From positions 389,546,001 to 389,610,000 of the forward strand of contig OZ024740.1 in the NCBI GenBank assembly GCA_964016885.1: a DNA stretch of 64,000 bases, written 5' to 3'. A program made the translations under genes and the position numbers. Of this stretch, positions 52,175-64,000 are shown in pieces. Origin of the DNA: Eledone cirrhosa. Taxonomy: Eukaryota. Every line of letters begins with the position of its first letter. Position 1 is the first letter of the stretch. Below the pieces are notes generated by a model. That model had not been told where the DNA came from, ran no database searches, and was given only the letters and a program-made list of their open reading frames with translations.

Positions 52175-52587
52175 GTAATTAACCCCCAAAAAAGCTATCT
52201 TTTAATTCTTTGTTTCTTAATATTATTCTTGAAACCTTAAATATTAATTTAAAAGATGCTTAGACTCTAAATATGCCTTAAGCTTGAATTTGATAGGTTA
52301 ATGTAAGTTGAATTCAATTCCATTATAAGATTAAACTTGCTTCTTATAAAATATCAAATGAGTCAAATTTAATTTGTATTTATTTGATTTATACTCTTAA
52401 AAAGATTTTATTCCTTAAACACTAATTAAAAGAGAACTTGTGGTTTTAGCTATAGTAATCCAGATTTTATGACTGTTTCTTTGGCTATTTTAACTGGCTG
52501 ACTCTTGTGGAAATTCCACGGTTTAATTAGAAACAACCACCAAGTATTAAAGATCAATATGACATTTTAAATATTTTATTTATAATT

Positions 52588-52633
<46 letters not shown>

Positions 52634-54999
52634 ATATATACAGTACTAAACTGGCAACCGCACCAAGTTTGCTTGGTGAGGAGGGTGATTTTGGACATCC
52701 TGCAGGATGAAAAACAAAACTTGGCAAAGGGCAGAGGAATTTATGTGAGTCAACGACCACTCAATAGTGTGTACATCATCATCATCATCATCATATGTAT
52801 ATATTGTGTGGGTGTGTAAAAATGTATATATTAATTTAAGAGTGTGCAGAACTGTAGTAGATTTCACTGGTTGGCACTGGATGGTCTTTTGTGGAGTCTC
52901 CATGTGTCCCAGTGTCTGTTCACCATGCCACTCAGTGAACTGATGACGTGCAATATATGCTCATTCAAGCTGAGCACGTAGCCTCTCAGTTCAAAGACCA
53001 ATCTTTGTAGTGAAAAGCCACATCCTACATGAGGTGCCTCTGATATGGCTATCATAGGATGGTCTAGCAGAACAGGTCGGATCTAGAGGAGTAAGCCTCG
53101 ATAAAAATCCTGCTTGTCTCATAGTAAGCAGTAGCTCATGCGAAAATCATCAGTTTAATTAGATGACCCCGGCGTCGTGAACATCATGGCTATTAATTTG
53201 ACAATGGGTTGGTACAACTACTCCAGTTAGCAGAGAAATCTATGAGTAGGTAGGTGGCGAGCCACATATATTCTAGCCATTAGAAAAAGCAAAATGAATG
53301 CTTCATCTTCAAAAGAGGGATGACTAAAGAAGATATACAACACAACAAAAAAAAAATCGAATAAATTTAATAAATGACTGAAACTAGCAAAATGGGATAT
53401 TTCACTCATAATATTTTTTGTAAAAGTAATTTCTCTCTCTCACACATTCTTACCATCCCCTTTCCATACTTATTACAATGTAAGATTTTGTCACCCCCCT
53501 CTCTTACATCCATTCCTTGATCGATGTTTAGCATTGCTGCCTCCTTCTCTTTCTCACACATGCGCACACTCTTATCACCCCTTTTCCAATGTGAGAGATG
53601 TTTTACACCACAGAAACATCAGCTTTAATATGATAGATATTGCAGGTATTGTTGTGATAGAGTTCTATGGCAGATAAGATACAACATCATCATCACTTAA
53701 ACATCTATTCTCCACATTTGCATGGGTTTGCATTGTACATTTTCATTTCTGTAGGCTTCTCAGTAATATTAAGATATTAATCTTAACATTTCACTGAATT
53801 AGAAACACTTTCAGATTAATCTTGCTATAAACATAACCATGTGTTGCTAAGACTTCAATTTGTTTTGGGTACATCATAGACTTTTTGGGACTGTAGGTAA
53901 TTAGACATTAGAAAGCTGAATAATAATTAATGTTCTAATGATTCCTTTATTATGATAATGTTTGATATGTCATACAGCCTTCAAGTCTTATATATATCAA
54001 GAAACATTTACAACTGGTTTCTTCCATGTTTCTCTTACTGTCATCTTCACCATCAACTCACCCATTGTTGTGGTAGGAGTCGTAAAAATAATTGAGTGAC
54101 TAGTATGTTCTTAATCAGCAGTTCCCAACTACAATATAAACGCATTGATCCTTCTTTTCGAGTTATCTATCTTTTCTTTATAAACCTCATTCACTCTTCG
54201 TACATTTTTTTTTTTTAATTGTTGTTAGAATGTCAGCTATAATGCTTTGCAGTATTCATTCAGGCTTTTTGCGTTCTGAGTTCAAAGCCTGTCATGGTCC
54301 ACTTTGCTTGTCATCTTTTGTGGTTGATAAAAAAGTACCAGTCCAATACAGGAATCGATTACTCTTTACTCACTTCCTCTCTATCACTCTCTTTCTCCTC
54401 TGGAAGAAATCGGCTTTGTTCAAACCTGGAGAGGGGATGGACTCTGCCACCTTTAATATGCTTGAGACACGCTGTATGTCATTACAGCTCCCCTACTACT
54501 CTATCAAGAGTTATGGGTCCATAAATACATAAATATACCCTTGTTAAATCGATCCCTTATTTTTCGCCCTCCTTCAAATTTGGATTTTTCTATGTATCTC
54601 ATATAAAAGTTGACCTTATTTCTTCATGGACAACAGATCAGCATTTGTGAATCGAGATAATATTCTAAACATAAATGTTATGATAAAATTAATTTTCTAC
54701 ATCATTATGTTTTGATGTACATAAGTTGTGGGGTCCTTGTTTATGTGGTTTGGTCCATAGAAACTTTGGTATTATTATTTTATCATTCATTTAGAGTCCA
54801 TTTGCGTTTTGCTTAATGCGATCAGTTTAGATTGCAGTGTGAATTTCAGCCCCTCGAATCCAGTATCCATGTAATAGTTGACTCCATAAATTTAAGTTAA
54901 AAAAAATAGTCCCAAAAATATTAGACTTTTTACTTGAGAATATACAGTAAATATCTTATTGACATTGTTATAATTATCATCTATCAATCTATATTTCAG

Positions 55000-55094
55000 A
55001 CACTATACCTGACAGTGAGAGTATGTCAGCAAATTTCTTGGATTCCTTTGAAGAAGATTCCCCATTACCTGTAACCAAACCCATCCCATCATCA
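55000..55094 (+). CDS. SLC36-like transporter, exon 6 (acidic loop)
   Basis: tttcAG acceptor (phase 1), GTAAGT donor (phase 0). Encodes (D)TIPDSESMSANFLDSFEEDSPLPVTKPIPSS and bridges the phases of exons 5 and 7. Confidence 0.78.
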
Positions 55095-55119
55095 GTAAGT
55101 ATTTCTTTCCTTTCTATTT

Positions 55120-55588
55120 TCATCTACACACTGAGCATGGCCATTTCCCGGATGGGACCGGCGCCCTATTGTCCTTCCTACAAACTAGAACTTTAGTCTT
55201 AGACAGGTTAATTTTAAGGCCTTTTGATTCGAGGCCATGCTTCCATGTTTGGAATTTCTTCTCTAGTTCGGCCATTGATTCAGCTATGAGCGTTAGATCA
55301 TCTGCGTATAGGAGTTCCGATGGGCAGCCGGTCTTGAACTCCACTGTTATAGCCTGCAGGGCAATAATAAATAGTAGGGGCTAAGAACGGAGCCCTGATG
55401 AACACCAACTTTTACGCTAAACTCTTCACTATATTCGTTGTTAATTCTAACCTTGCTGACTGTTTCTTTATACATGGCTTGTATAGTTCTCACAAGCCAT
55501 TCATCAACACCTAGTTTTCTAAGAGCCCACCAGATAATGGAACGGGGGACTCTGTCGTAGGCTTTCCCCAAGTCGACAAAAGCTAAGT
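55120..55588 (-). mobile_element. RTE family B internal RT fragment without 3' end
   Basis: YLAFVDLGKAYD...LLYADD...GKWPCSVCR with a frameshift. Confidence 0.9.
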
Positions 55589-55615
55589 ATATATATAATA
55601 TATATAATATATGTA

Positions 55616-55651
<36 letters not shown>

Positions 55652-55656
55652 AATAT

Positions 55657-58650
55657 ATCATCATCATCATCATCATCGTTTAACGTCCCTGTTCCACGCT
55701 TGCATGGGTTTGGACGGGGGTTTTCCCACTTGAGGCAAGAGTGGTTGTCTTACTCGCATAGGACTGTCTGGCGGGTTTTCTACAGCTGGATGCCCTTCCT
55801 AACACCAACCACATTTACAGTGTGGGGCTGGGAGGTTTTTACCGTGTTGCCTACACAGCCACATTACAGCGTGGACTGTGTGTTTTTTTGTCGTGACACC
55901 TACACGATCTCATTTGTTTCGGCCTGGATGGTGTGGCACCAACATAACTTTACATAGAAGGGGGCGGTGTGGATGGGGTGGGGGTGGGTGGGACGGGGGT
56001 GTATTTTGTTAGAGATGCCTACTGACTGTAGTAGGTTTTACTTTGTATTTAGGTAAGGCGGGTCTTCTCTATTACTGAGTACCGCCAAAGGTCTCGGTCC
56101 AGTGACATTGTCTTGGTGAGGTGTAAGTGTGTGAGGTCGGAGTTTATCAGCTCGTCCCAGGTTTTTCTGGGTCTGCCTATTCCGTGGCTACCGTCTATCT
56201 TTATTGCCCTGCACTTTGATATACAGCTATCGTCCTTCATGCGCATCACGTGACCATACCAACGTAGCCTTCTCTCGAGTAAACAACATCTGATCCCTCT
56301 TATTTCTAATTTTTTCCTTAGTTTGTTTATGCTTTGTCGTTCATGTATATTACTGTTACACATCCAGCGGAGCATGCAAGCTTCGTTCCTCTCTAGTCTG
56401 CGTATATCCTCTGCACACAATGCCCAGGTCTCACTGCTATGCAACATTGCTGTTCGTATGCAGGCATCGTACAACCTGCCTTTCATTTTTAGGGAGAACC
56501 CTTTAGCGGCTAATAGTGGTATAAGCTCTCTGAACTTTTTCCACCCAGTTCTGACTCTAGCTACTGTACTTTCAGAGCACCCTCCCCCACTGCTGATTTT
56601 GTCACCCAGGTAACGGAAGCTGTCCACTATTTCTATAGAACCCTCTGCGCAGTTGAAAGAGCTAGTATTTTGTGGGCACTTGCTGCTACTTATTGCCCCA
56701 GAACACCGGCCACATGTAAAATCTATGTTCTTAGTTAGCTTACCTGTGATCCCACTACATCTTTTATGCACCCAAACTTTGCATTTGGGACACAAAATGG
56801 AATTTCTACCTACGCCTTTCCTACACTCTGCACATGGCCACTTCCCGGAGGGGACCGCCGCCTTATTTTCTTTCTTACAAACTAGAACTTTAGTCTTAGC
56901 CAGGTTAATTTTAAGGCCTTTTGATTCTAGGCCGTGCTTCCATGTTTGGAATTTCTTCTCTAGTTCGGCCATTGATTCAGCTATGAGCGTTAGATCATCT
57001 GCGTATAGGAGTTCCCATGGGCAGCCGGTCTTGAACTCCACTGTTATAGCCTGGAGGGCAATAATAAATAGGGGGCTAAGAATAGAGCCCTGATGAACAC
57101 CAACTTTTACACTAAACTCTTCACTATATTCGTTGTTAATTCTAACCTTGCTGACTGTTTCTTTATACATGGCTTGTATAGCCCTCACAAGCCATTCGTC
57201 AACGCCTAGTTTTCTAAGAGCCCACCAGATAATGGAGCGGGCGACTCTGTCGAAGGCTTTCTCCAAGTCGACAAAAGCTAAGTAGAGGGGTTTACCTTTA
57301 GCTAGGTACTTCTCCTGTAGTTGTCGTACTATGAAAAGAGCGTCTGTGGTACTTTTGCCTGACACAAACCCGAACTGCATTTCATCTAGGTCAATTCTCT
57401 CTCTGATTAGTTGCGCTATTACTTTTTCCCTGACCTTCATGACCTGGTCGATTAATTTAATGCCTCTATAGTTACTCCTATCTAGGGCGTCTCCTTTACC
57501 CTTATAACAGTTAACCATGATGCTGCTATGCCAGTCCTTCGGAACAACCCCATTCTGTACGACTTGGTTAACTATGCGGGTGACCATGGTGTGTCCCACC
57601 GTGCCAGATGCCTTCAGCATCTCAGCAACTATTTCCGAAGGCCCAGCCGCCTTACCCGTCTTCATATCCTTGATTGCCTTACTTATTATACTCCCCTCGA
57701 CTAACACTGCTGGTCCCTCTATTGGGTCGATATGGGGGAGACTGTCTTTCTCCCATTTATTCTCCTCATTTAGAAGCCTTTCGTAGTGACACTTCCAAGC
57801 TACCTTCTTATCAGAGTCAGTGATGGCAAGTACACTATCATCATTAAATACACACTTCTCCCCGACAATATCACGGTTTTCCTTGACACATTGCCTAGCA
57901 ATCCTGAACACCTCACGTTTTTGGTCCTCACGTTGTAGAACATGCTTGAACTTTCTTTCCTCTGCTTCTCTTCTTGCGAAGTACACTTGTCTCCTAGCTT
58001 CCCTCCTGGCCACTTGATAGTCTTCTCTACTTCCCCCATCCCGCCATATTTTCCAAGCCTGCTTTTTGGCCTTAATTGACTCCTCCACCTTACTGTTCCA
58101 CCACCATGTTACTCTCCTCCTACCTACGGGCCTGCTCCAGCCACAGACTTCGTCTGCTGCCGTCAGCAGGTTTGCTTTCAGGAATTCCCACTGTTCCTCT
58201 ATATTATCTGACTCTAATTTCTCTTCCTTACTGTCGAAAGCATCAAGTAACATGCTTTGGAATTTATTTCTGGCTGTGGGGTCCTTTAACTTCCATATTT
58301 TTCTCCTGAGGATAGTCCTCTTCTGTTGTCTAGTACGTCTCGTCCTGACTATGAGGTCGCTAATTAGCAGTCTATGTTGGGAGGTGCATTCTTCATGGGG
58401 GAGGGATTTAGTGTTTACAACAGACACTCTGTCGCGTCCTCTGGTAAGGATATAATCTACCTGGCTGGTATGTTCCCCCGATCTGTAGGTGATCAAGTGA
58501 TTGTCTCGTTTTTTGAAGTTAGTGTTACAGATAGTTAGGTTATTTGCATCACAGAATTCCAGGATTCTGGAGCCTTCCTCATTTCTAGTACCAAACCCAT
58601 AGCCTCCGTGGATTCCGTCATAGCCGTCACAATGTTGACCAACGTGGCCA
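55657..58650 (-). mobile_element. RTE LINE family B, 5'-truncated, with a long uninterrupted ORF
   Basis: 815 aa ORF 56049-58496, open upstream to about 58649 (GHVGQHCDGYDGIHGGYGFGTRNEEG); APE C-terminus, RT and Cys finger; (CAT)n tail. Confidence 0.95.
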
Positions 58651-61298
58651 CATCATCATCATCACCGCTTTACGTCCATTCTTCCACGCTAGCATGGGTT
58701 AGACGGGTTGTCCTGTTGTAGGCAGTGTCTCGTCGGCTGACCATGCCTTGCTCATACAGGAACTGATTTGTCTTAATTTCTACAGCTGGATGCCCTTCCT
58801 AACACCAACCTCATTTACAGTGAGTGCTGGGTGCTTTTTTGCCGTGGCACCTCCACGACCACCTTGCAGTGGGGGGTGTGGGGGCATATTGTCTATATGC
58901 TTCAGCTTGTACCCATGGGAGGTCGGGTACTCTGTATTACTGCGTCACGCCAGAGGTCACGCCTTTGAGAGGTGTAATTGATTAAGGTCCGCTTTTATCA
59001 CTTCATCGCAGGTCATCTTGGGTCTCTCCATCGACTTCTAGTGCTCTGCACCTTTTTATGCAGCTGTCATCCTTCATACACATCACATGTCCATACCAAC
59101 GCAACCGCCTCTCCTGCACACAGCATTTGATTCCTCTTATGTTCAGTCTCTCTCTCAATTCATTTATGCTTTGTCGTTCGCGTATATTACTATTACACAT
59201 CCATCGGAGCATGCAAGCTTCGTTTCTCTCTAATCTACGTGAGTCTTCCACCTTCAGCGCCCAGGTCTCACTACCATGCAACATCATTGTTCGGATACAC
59301 GCATCATACACTCTGCCTTTCATTTTGAGGGAGAAGCCTTTTGCAGCTAGCAGTGGTAGTAGTTCCCTAAACTTCTTCCATCCCGTTCTTACCCTAGTTA
59401 TTGTACTTTCTGAACACCCACCTCCGCTGCTAATTCGGTCACCTAAGTAGCAGAAGCTCTCTACTGTCTCTACAGCCCTCCCAGAGATTGGTGGTACTTG
59501 TTTCCTGTAGCTGCTTGCTGTCCCAGTACAGCTGCTGCATGTGAAGCTTACATTCTTAATTAAGCTTCCTGAGATCCCGCTACATCTCTTGTGTACTCAT
59601 TGTTTGCATTTGGGGCAGAGAATGGAGTTCCTACCTACACCTTTCCTACATACTGAGCAAGGCCATTTCCCTGAGGGGATCTGGGTTCTGTTTTCTCGTC
59701 TACTTACAAGGACCTTAGTCTTTGTCATGTTGACTTTGAGACCCTTTCTTTCTAGTCCCTGCTTCCAAGTTTGGAATTTCTTCTCTAGTTCTACCATAGA
59801 TTCAGCTATAAGTGCGAGGTCATCAGCATACAGGAGTTCCCATGGGCATCCGGTCTTAAACTCCTCCGTTATTGCCTGTAGCACTATGATGAACAGGAGG
59901 GGGCTAAGAACAGAGCCCTGGTGGACCCCAACCTGTACGCTAAATTCCTTGCTATACTCATTGCTGACTGCGCCCCTATACATGGCTTGTACAGCTTTCA
60001 GAAGCCATTCATCTACTCCTAGTTTTCTAAGAGCCCACCAGATTACAGCACATGGAACTCTGTCAAAGGCTTTCTCACGATCGACGAATGCCAGGTAGAG
60101 TGGCTTACTTTTACCTAGGTACTTTTCCTGTAACTGCCTCACAAGGAAGAGGGCATCAGTGGTGCCTCTTCCTTGTACAAACCCAAATTGCATCTCATCT
60201 AGTTTCACCTGGTCCCTAATCAACTGTGCTATAACTCTTTCTGTTACTTTCATGACCTGGTCCATCAGCTTTATACCTCTATAGTCTCCTCTATCGAGTG
60301 CATCACCTTTACCTTTGTAGCAGTTGACAATGATTCTACTGCACCAATCTTTTGGTATGACACCTAGTATTACCTGGTTAACAATACGTGTGGTTATAGT
60401 GTGACCTACAGACCCAGATGCCTTCAGCATCTTGGCAGCTATACCCGATGGACCGGTTGCCTTCCCCATCTTCATATCTTTGATTGCCGTACTTACTACG
60501 CTGCTGCTGACTTGTACTGCTGGCCCCTCTATAGGGTCTACTTGGGGTAAGGTTTCTTCTTTCCATGCATTCTCCTCATTTAGTAATCTATCATAATGAC
60601 TCTTCCATGCATCTTTCTTCTCAGCACTTGTGAGGGCAAGCTCACCTTTATCATTCCGGATACACTTCTCTCCAATGACATCACAATTCTCTCTGACACA
60701 CTGCCACGCAATCTTGAACATCTCCTGTTTCTGGTCCTCGCGTTGCAAAACATGCTTGAATTTTCTATCCTCTGCTTCCCTCCTAGCTAAGTATACTTGT
60801 CGCCTAGCTTCCCTCTTGGTCTCTATGTAATGTACCCTGCTCCTCCGTTCTTCCATTCTTTCCATGCTTGTCTCTTGGCCTTAACTGCCTCATCTACCTT
60901 ATTGTTCCACCACCAAGTCACTCTCCTCCTGCTTGTGGTCTTACTCCAGCCACGGATCTCATCCGTCGCCTCTAGTAAGTTATTTTTTTGGAACTCCCAG
61001 TGCTCTTCTACATTGAATGTCTCTATCTGTTCTTCTTTATTGTGTTAAGCGTTGAGTAAAATATCTTTAAATCTGTAACTGGCTGAGGGGTCTTTCAGCT
61101 TCCAGATCTTTTTTCTCCAGGTTGGCCTCTGTTTCCAGGTTCGTCTAGTTATGACTGTGAGGTCGCTGACAACTAAGCTATGTTGGGATGTACATTCCTC
61201 ACTAGGGAAGGCTTTTGTGTTTACGACCGTCCATCTGTCACGTCCTCTGATGAGGATAAAATCTATCTGACTAGAATGCTCCCCTGATCTATAGGTGA
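58651..61298 (-). mobile_element. RTE LINE family A, copy 3 (5'-truncated, small deletions and stops)
   Basis: ORFs 59597-60865 and 59003-59323; its (CAT)n tail abuts the 5' end of the family B copy. Confidence 0.95.
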
Positions 61299-61321
61299 TA
61301 TATATATATATTTACATATAT

Positions 61322-61431
61322 ATATATTAACAAATGGAAACTATATTTATAAAACCATATTTATTTCATTATACATATTTCAAGGACATATAGTTTCCAA
61401 GGATAAATATAGTTTCCATTTGTTAATATAT
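61322..61431. repeat. Inverted repeat with perfect 29 bp arms and a 52 bp spacer
   Basis: atatattaacaaatggaaactatatttat (61322-61350) pairs with 61403-61431. Confidence 0.85.
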
Positions 61432-61517
61432 CGTATTTTTACTCCAATAATTTGTTGAGTGCTTTATATCAGTTATAAAAATATTTGCTTGTTGTATCCC
61501 AACAATTTAAATAGAAC

Positions 61518-61568
<51 letters not shown>

Positions 61569-62336
61569 CATTTCAAAAATCTAGTTGCATACAAAAATTC
61601 CTTTCCTTTCAAACTTTTGTTAGTGAAGTATAAAATTCAGTACTGAAAAAAAATCTTTAATTTGCTAGTAATGAAAGACATGAATTAAAGTGGAAAAGAA
61701 GCCTTATATGATTGTGGTTACATTTTCAATCCAGCCCACCTTCAAAAAACTTTTGGCAACTCCTCGTCAACAAAAATTTATTGATCAAATAGTTCCCACA
61801 GCATATTTAACTCTCTCTCTCTCTCTCTCAAATTGGGCATACGGTAAATTCAGCATATTTTTTCACTGTTTTATGCGGTGAGGGACACTGCCCATGACAC
61901 TTTTTAAAGCCTAGTGGGAGGGAGGATGATATCTGATCCAAATGTTTGCAGCAAGGTGGTTCCCATATCTGAGAATTGGACTACCATGACCATGGCCACA
62001 CTAAAACAATGGAAAGAACTTATATATGAACCAATAAGCTTCTTCATAATAATGTGTTCTGATAGATAAGGAAGCTAAATAACCCTTTAAATAAACTCCC
62101 CATCATATTCAAAGTCTGTCTATATGTGTTTTCCTAAATTGTACAGTTACATGATGAGAAGCAAGCACCTAGAACAGTTATGAGATGTTTATGTCAAACC
62201 CAAATGAATATACTATACATCTGGAGTGAAAGCAACTTTATATTGTTTTTAAACTTAACGTTTCTTTACCTCTATCATGAGGTAAAATTGAATGATGGGA
62301 AAATGTAACAATTTCTTTTCTATCCCATTTGTACAG

Positions 62337-62442
62337 GTTCCTTCTTGGAAAAGACATGGTGTTAGAATATCTGTCATCACATCAACCATTGGTTTCGCTA
62401 TTCTTTTTCAACACAACTTTGCTTATTTAACAGCTATTTTAG
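62337..62442 (+). CDS. SLC36-like transporter, exon 7 (TM9 region); gene probably continues beyond the window
   Basis: tacAG acceptor (phase 0), G|GTGAGT donor. Encodes VPSWKRHGVRISVITSTIGFAILFQHNFAYLTAIL(G). Confidence 0.85.
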
Positions 62443-64000
62443 GTGAGTATCTTTTTTTTTTTTTTCAAATAATATAATTTGTCAAGCTTTCTAAGGCTGG
62501 ATGGCCTTCCTAACACCAACCGCTTTACTGTGTGTACTGGGTGCATTTCTTGGGCAGATCACTAGCACTAAGGAGTTGGTCATGTCCTTGACAAAACTAA
62601 AGGGTCCTCTTGACTCTTTGTTAGGCAAGCTTTCTACAGTTGGATGCCCTTTTACAGCATGTACTGAGTGTGTTTCTTGAGTAGATCACCAACACTAGAG
62701 AGATTGTTGTGTCTTTCACACAACAGAAGGGTCCTCTCAACCCTTTTAGGCATGGTTTATACAGCGGGGGTGCTTTTCCTGTTGCCAACCACCCTTACAG
62801 AGTGTACCAGGTGCATTTTCATGGCACTGCCACACACACACTCACACATTTAGAATGGGTTTCAACAATGAGTGTTCCAGTTGTTTAATGAATGGAACAG
62901 ACTTCATGAAATTAAGGTGTAAGTGATTGAGCATTCTAGAGGCATGTGTATCCGTTATGTAATTGCCAGGTTGGTCCTTTGAAATACAGGTATTGTCCAT
63001 CCATTGATTATATACCTATGCATGCAAAATAGACATTAAATGTTGATGATGATGATATACATACATGTATGTATATACATATGGCATGAATATATAAACA
63101 TACAAGGAAGAAAAGAAGGAACAGTTTGTTTTTAGGGTTAGGGTTTGCCTGGAGATTTAATTAATTTTGTCTTTGAGAAATAAGGGAAGAGAGAGGTAAC
63201 ATGGTAATTGCATACTATTTCACTATCTAATGAAAATATGTCACAAATTAATTAAAAATAAAAGTACTGCTGAAAACTAGTAATTTGAGTCAATTGAAGT
63301 CAGGATGGTAATTGAGAGAAACTGGAACATTATCGTCCAAGGAGCATATCACCATCTTCATCATCACCCAGATGTACTTATTGCATGGATCACCTTGACT
63401 TGTTCTCTCCAGTCTGTTTGGTCTTCCATTGCTTGGTAGGTTTTCTCAAGTGCACTCAGAATCCTCACAAAGTTGCTTTATGTAGGTTCAAGGCGGTCTA
63501 CCAACATTTATGTACCCATGCTTTGGTTCCCTCTAGAGTGATTTCTTTAGTCTGGCCCTTGAGTTGTCTAGCATAGGTGGACAGGAAATGAACTCCCACC
63601 AGCATAGCTCTTGGGATCATTGGAGCACACAAGATAATAATCATAGTCATAGAAGCGTAATATAATACATATTATAAACACATAAGCAAAGCAAAAAAAT
63701 AATTCTATCATAAACAACTGTACCTATTTTCTGGTGCAGAGTATAGATAGAAGTGAACTTTTGTAAGTCTGTGTGTATTAGTCACTACTAAAGGAGTACA
63801 CCACATATGAGGTGAAATGAAAATTAATATATTGAACTTGAGTAAAACTGCATTATAAAGCAACTGATAAGCTTTTGACATGTTGATACATGATTTGATT
63901 TTCAATTTGAGATTTTAGACTTACATATCGATATGTATTTTTATTTGAACCATTTACATTAAAAACAATTTGAGCTGATATTTTAATAACATTCTTACAA

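Noticed and set aside
63131-63146. Telomeric TTAGGG repeats
   Set aside because: Only two units, which is expected by chance.
63400-63445. Next transporter exon after 62442
   Set aside because: Splice-like sites exist, but the translation (VCLVFHCL) lacks the expected TM10 pattern.

Overview
AT-rich, repeat-dense eukaryotic DNA, not prokaryotic. The SINE cores, (CAT)n-tailed RTE LINEs and TA/CA microsatellites suggest an octopod cephalopod (inference from recalled repeat motifs). One host gene spans most of the window on the + strand: a multi-exon Aa_trans/SLC36-like amino acid transporter. Six internal exons join in phase with canonical AG/GT sites (31781-62442), a probable first coding exon lies near 9.6-9.8 kb, and no C-terminal exon was found, so the gene probably runs past the window end. 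A perfect CLEAR palindrome (GTCACGTGAC) sits about 100 bp upstream of the first exon, and exon 3 encodes a long N-glycan/Ser-Thr-rich loop; together these suggest a TFEB/MITF-regulated lysosomal transporter. The introns and upstream flank hold many mobile elements: a near full-length L1/Tx1 element bounded by (AAT)n, several mostly antisense RTE copies, CR1, CRE, R4/Dong and Penelope-like remnants, piggyBac-type MITEs, SINEs and Helitrons. The most unusual items are a Helitron-bounded cassette carrying only the 5' half of a GC-rich RTE, a 21 x 39 bp minisatellite born from an RTE ORF C-terminus, a 346 bp loop-less palindrome, decayed hammerhead-like motifs and a frame conflict in exon 1. There is no CRISPR array. 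All calls come from manual reading; no searches were run.
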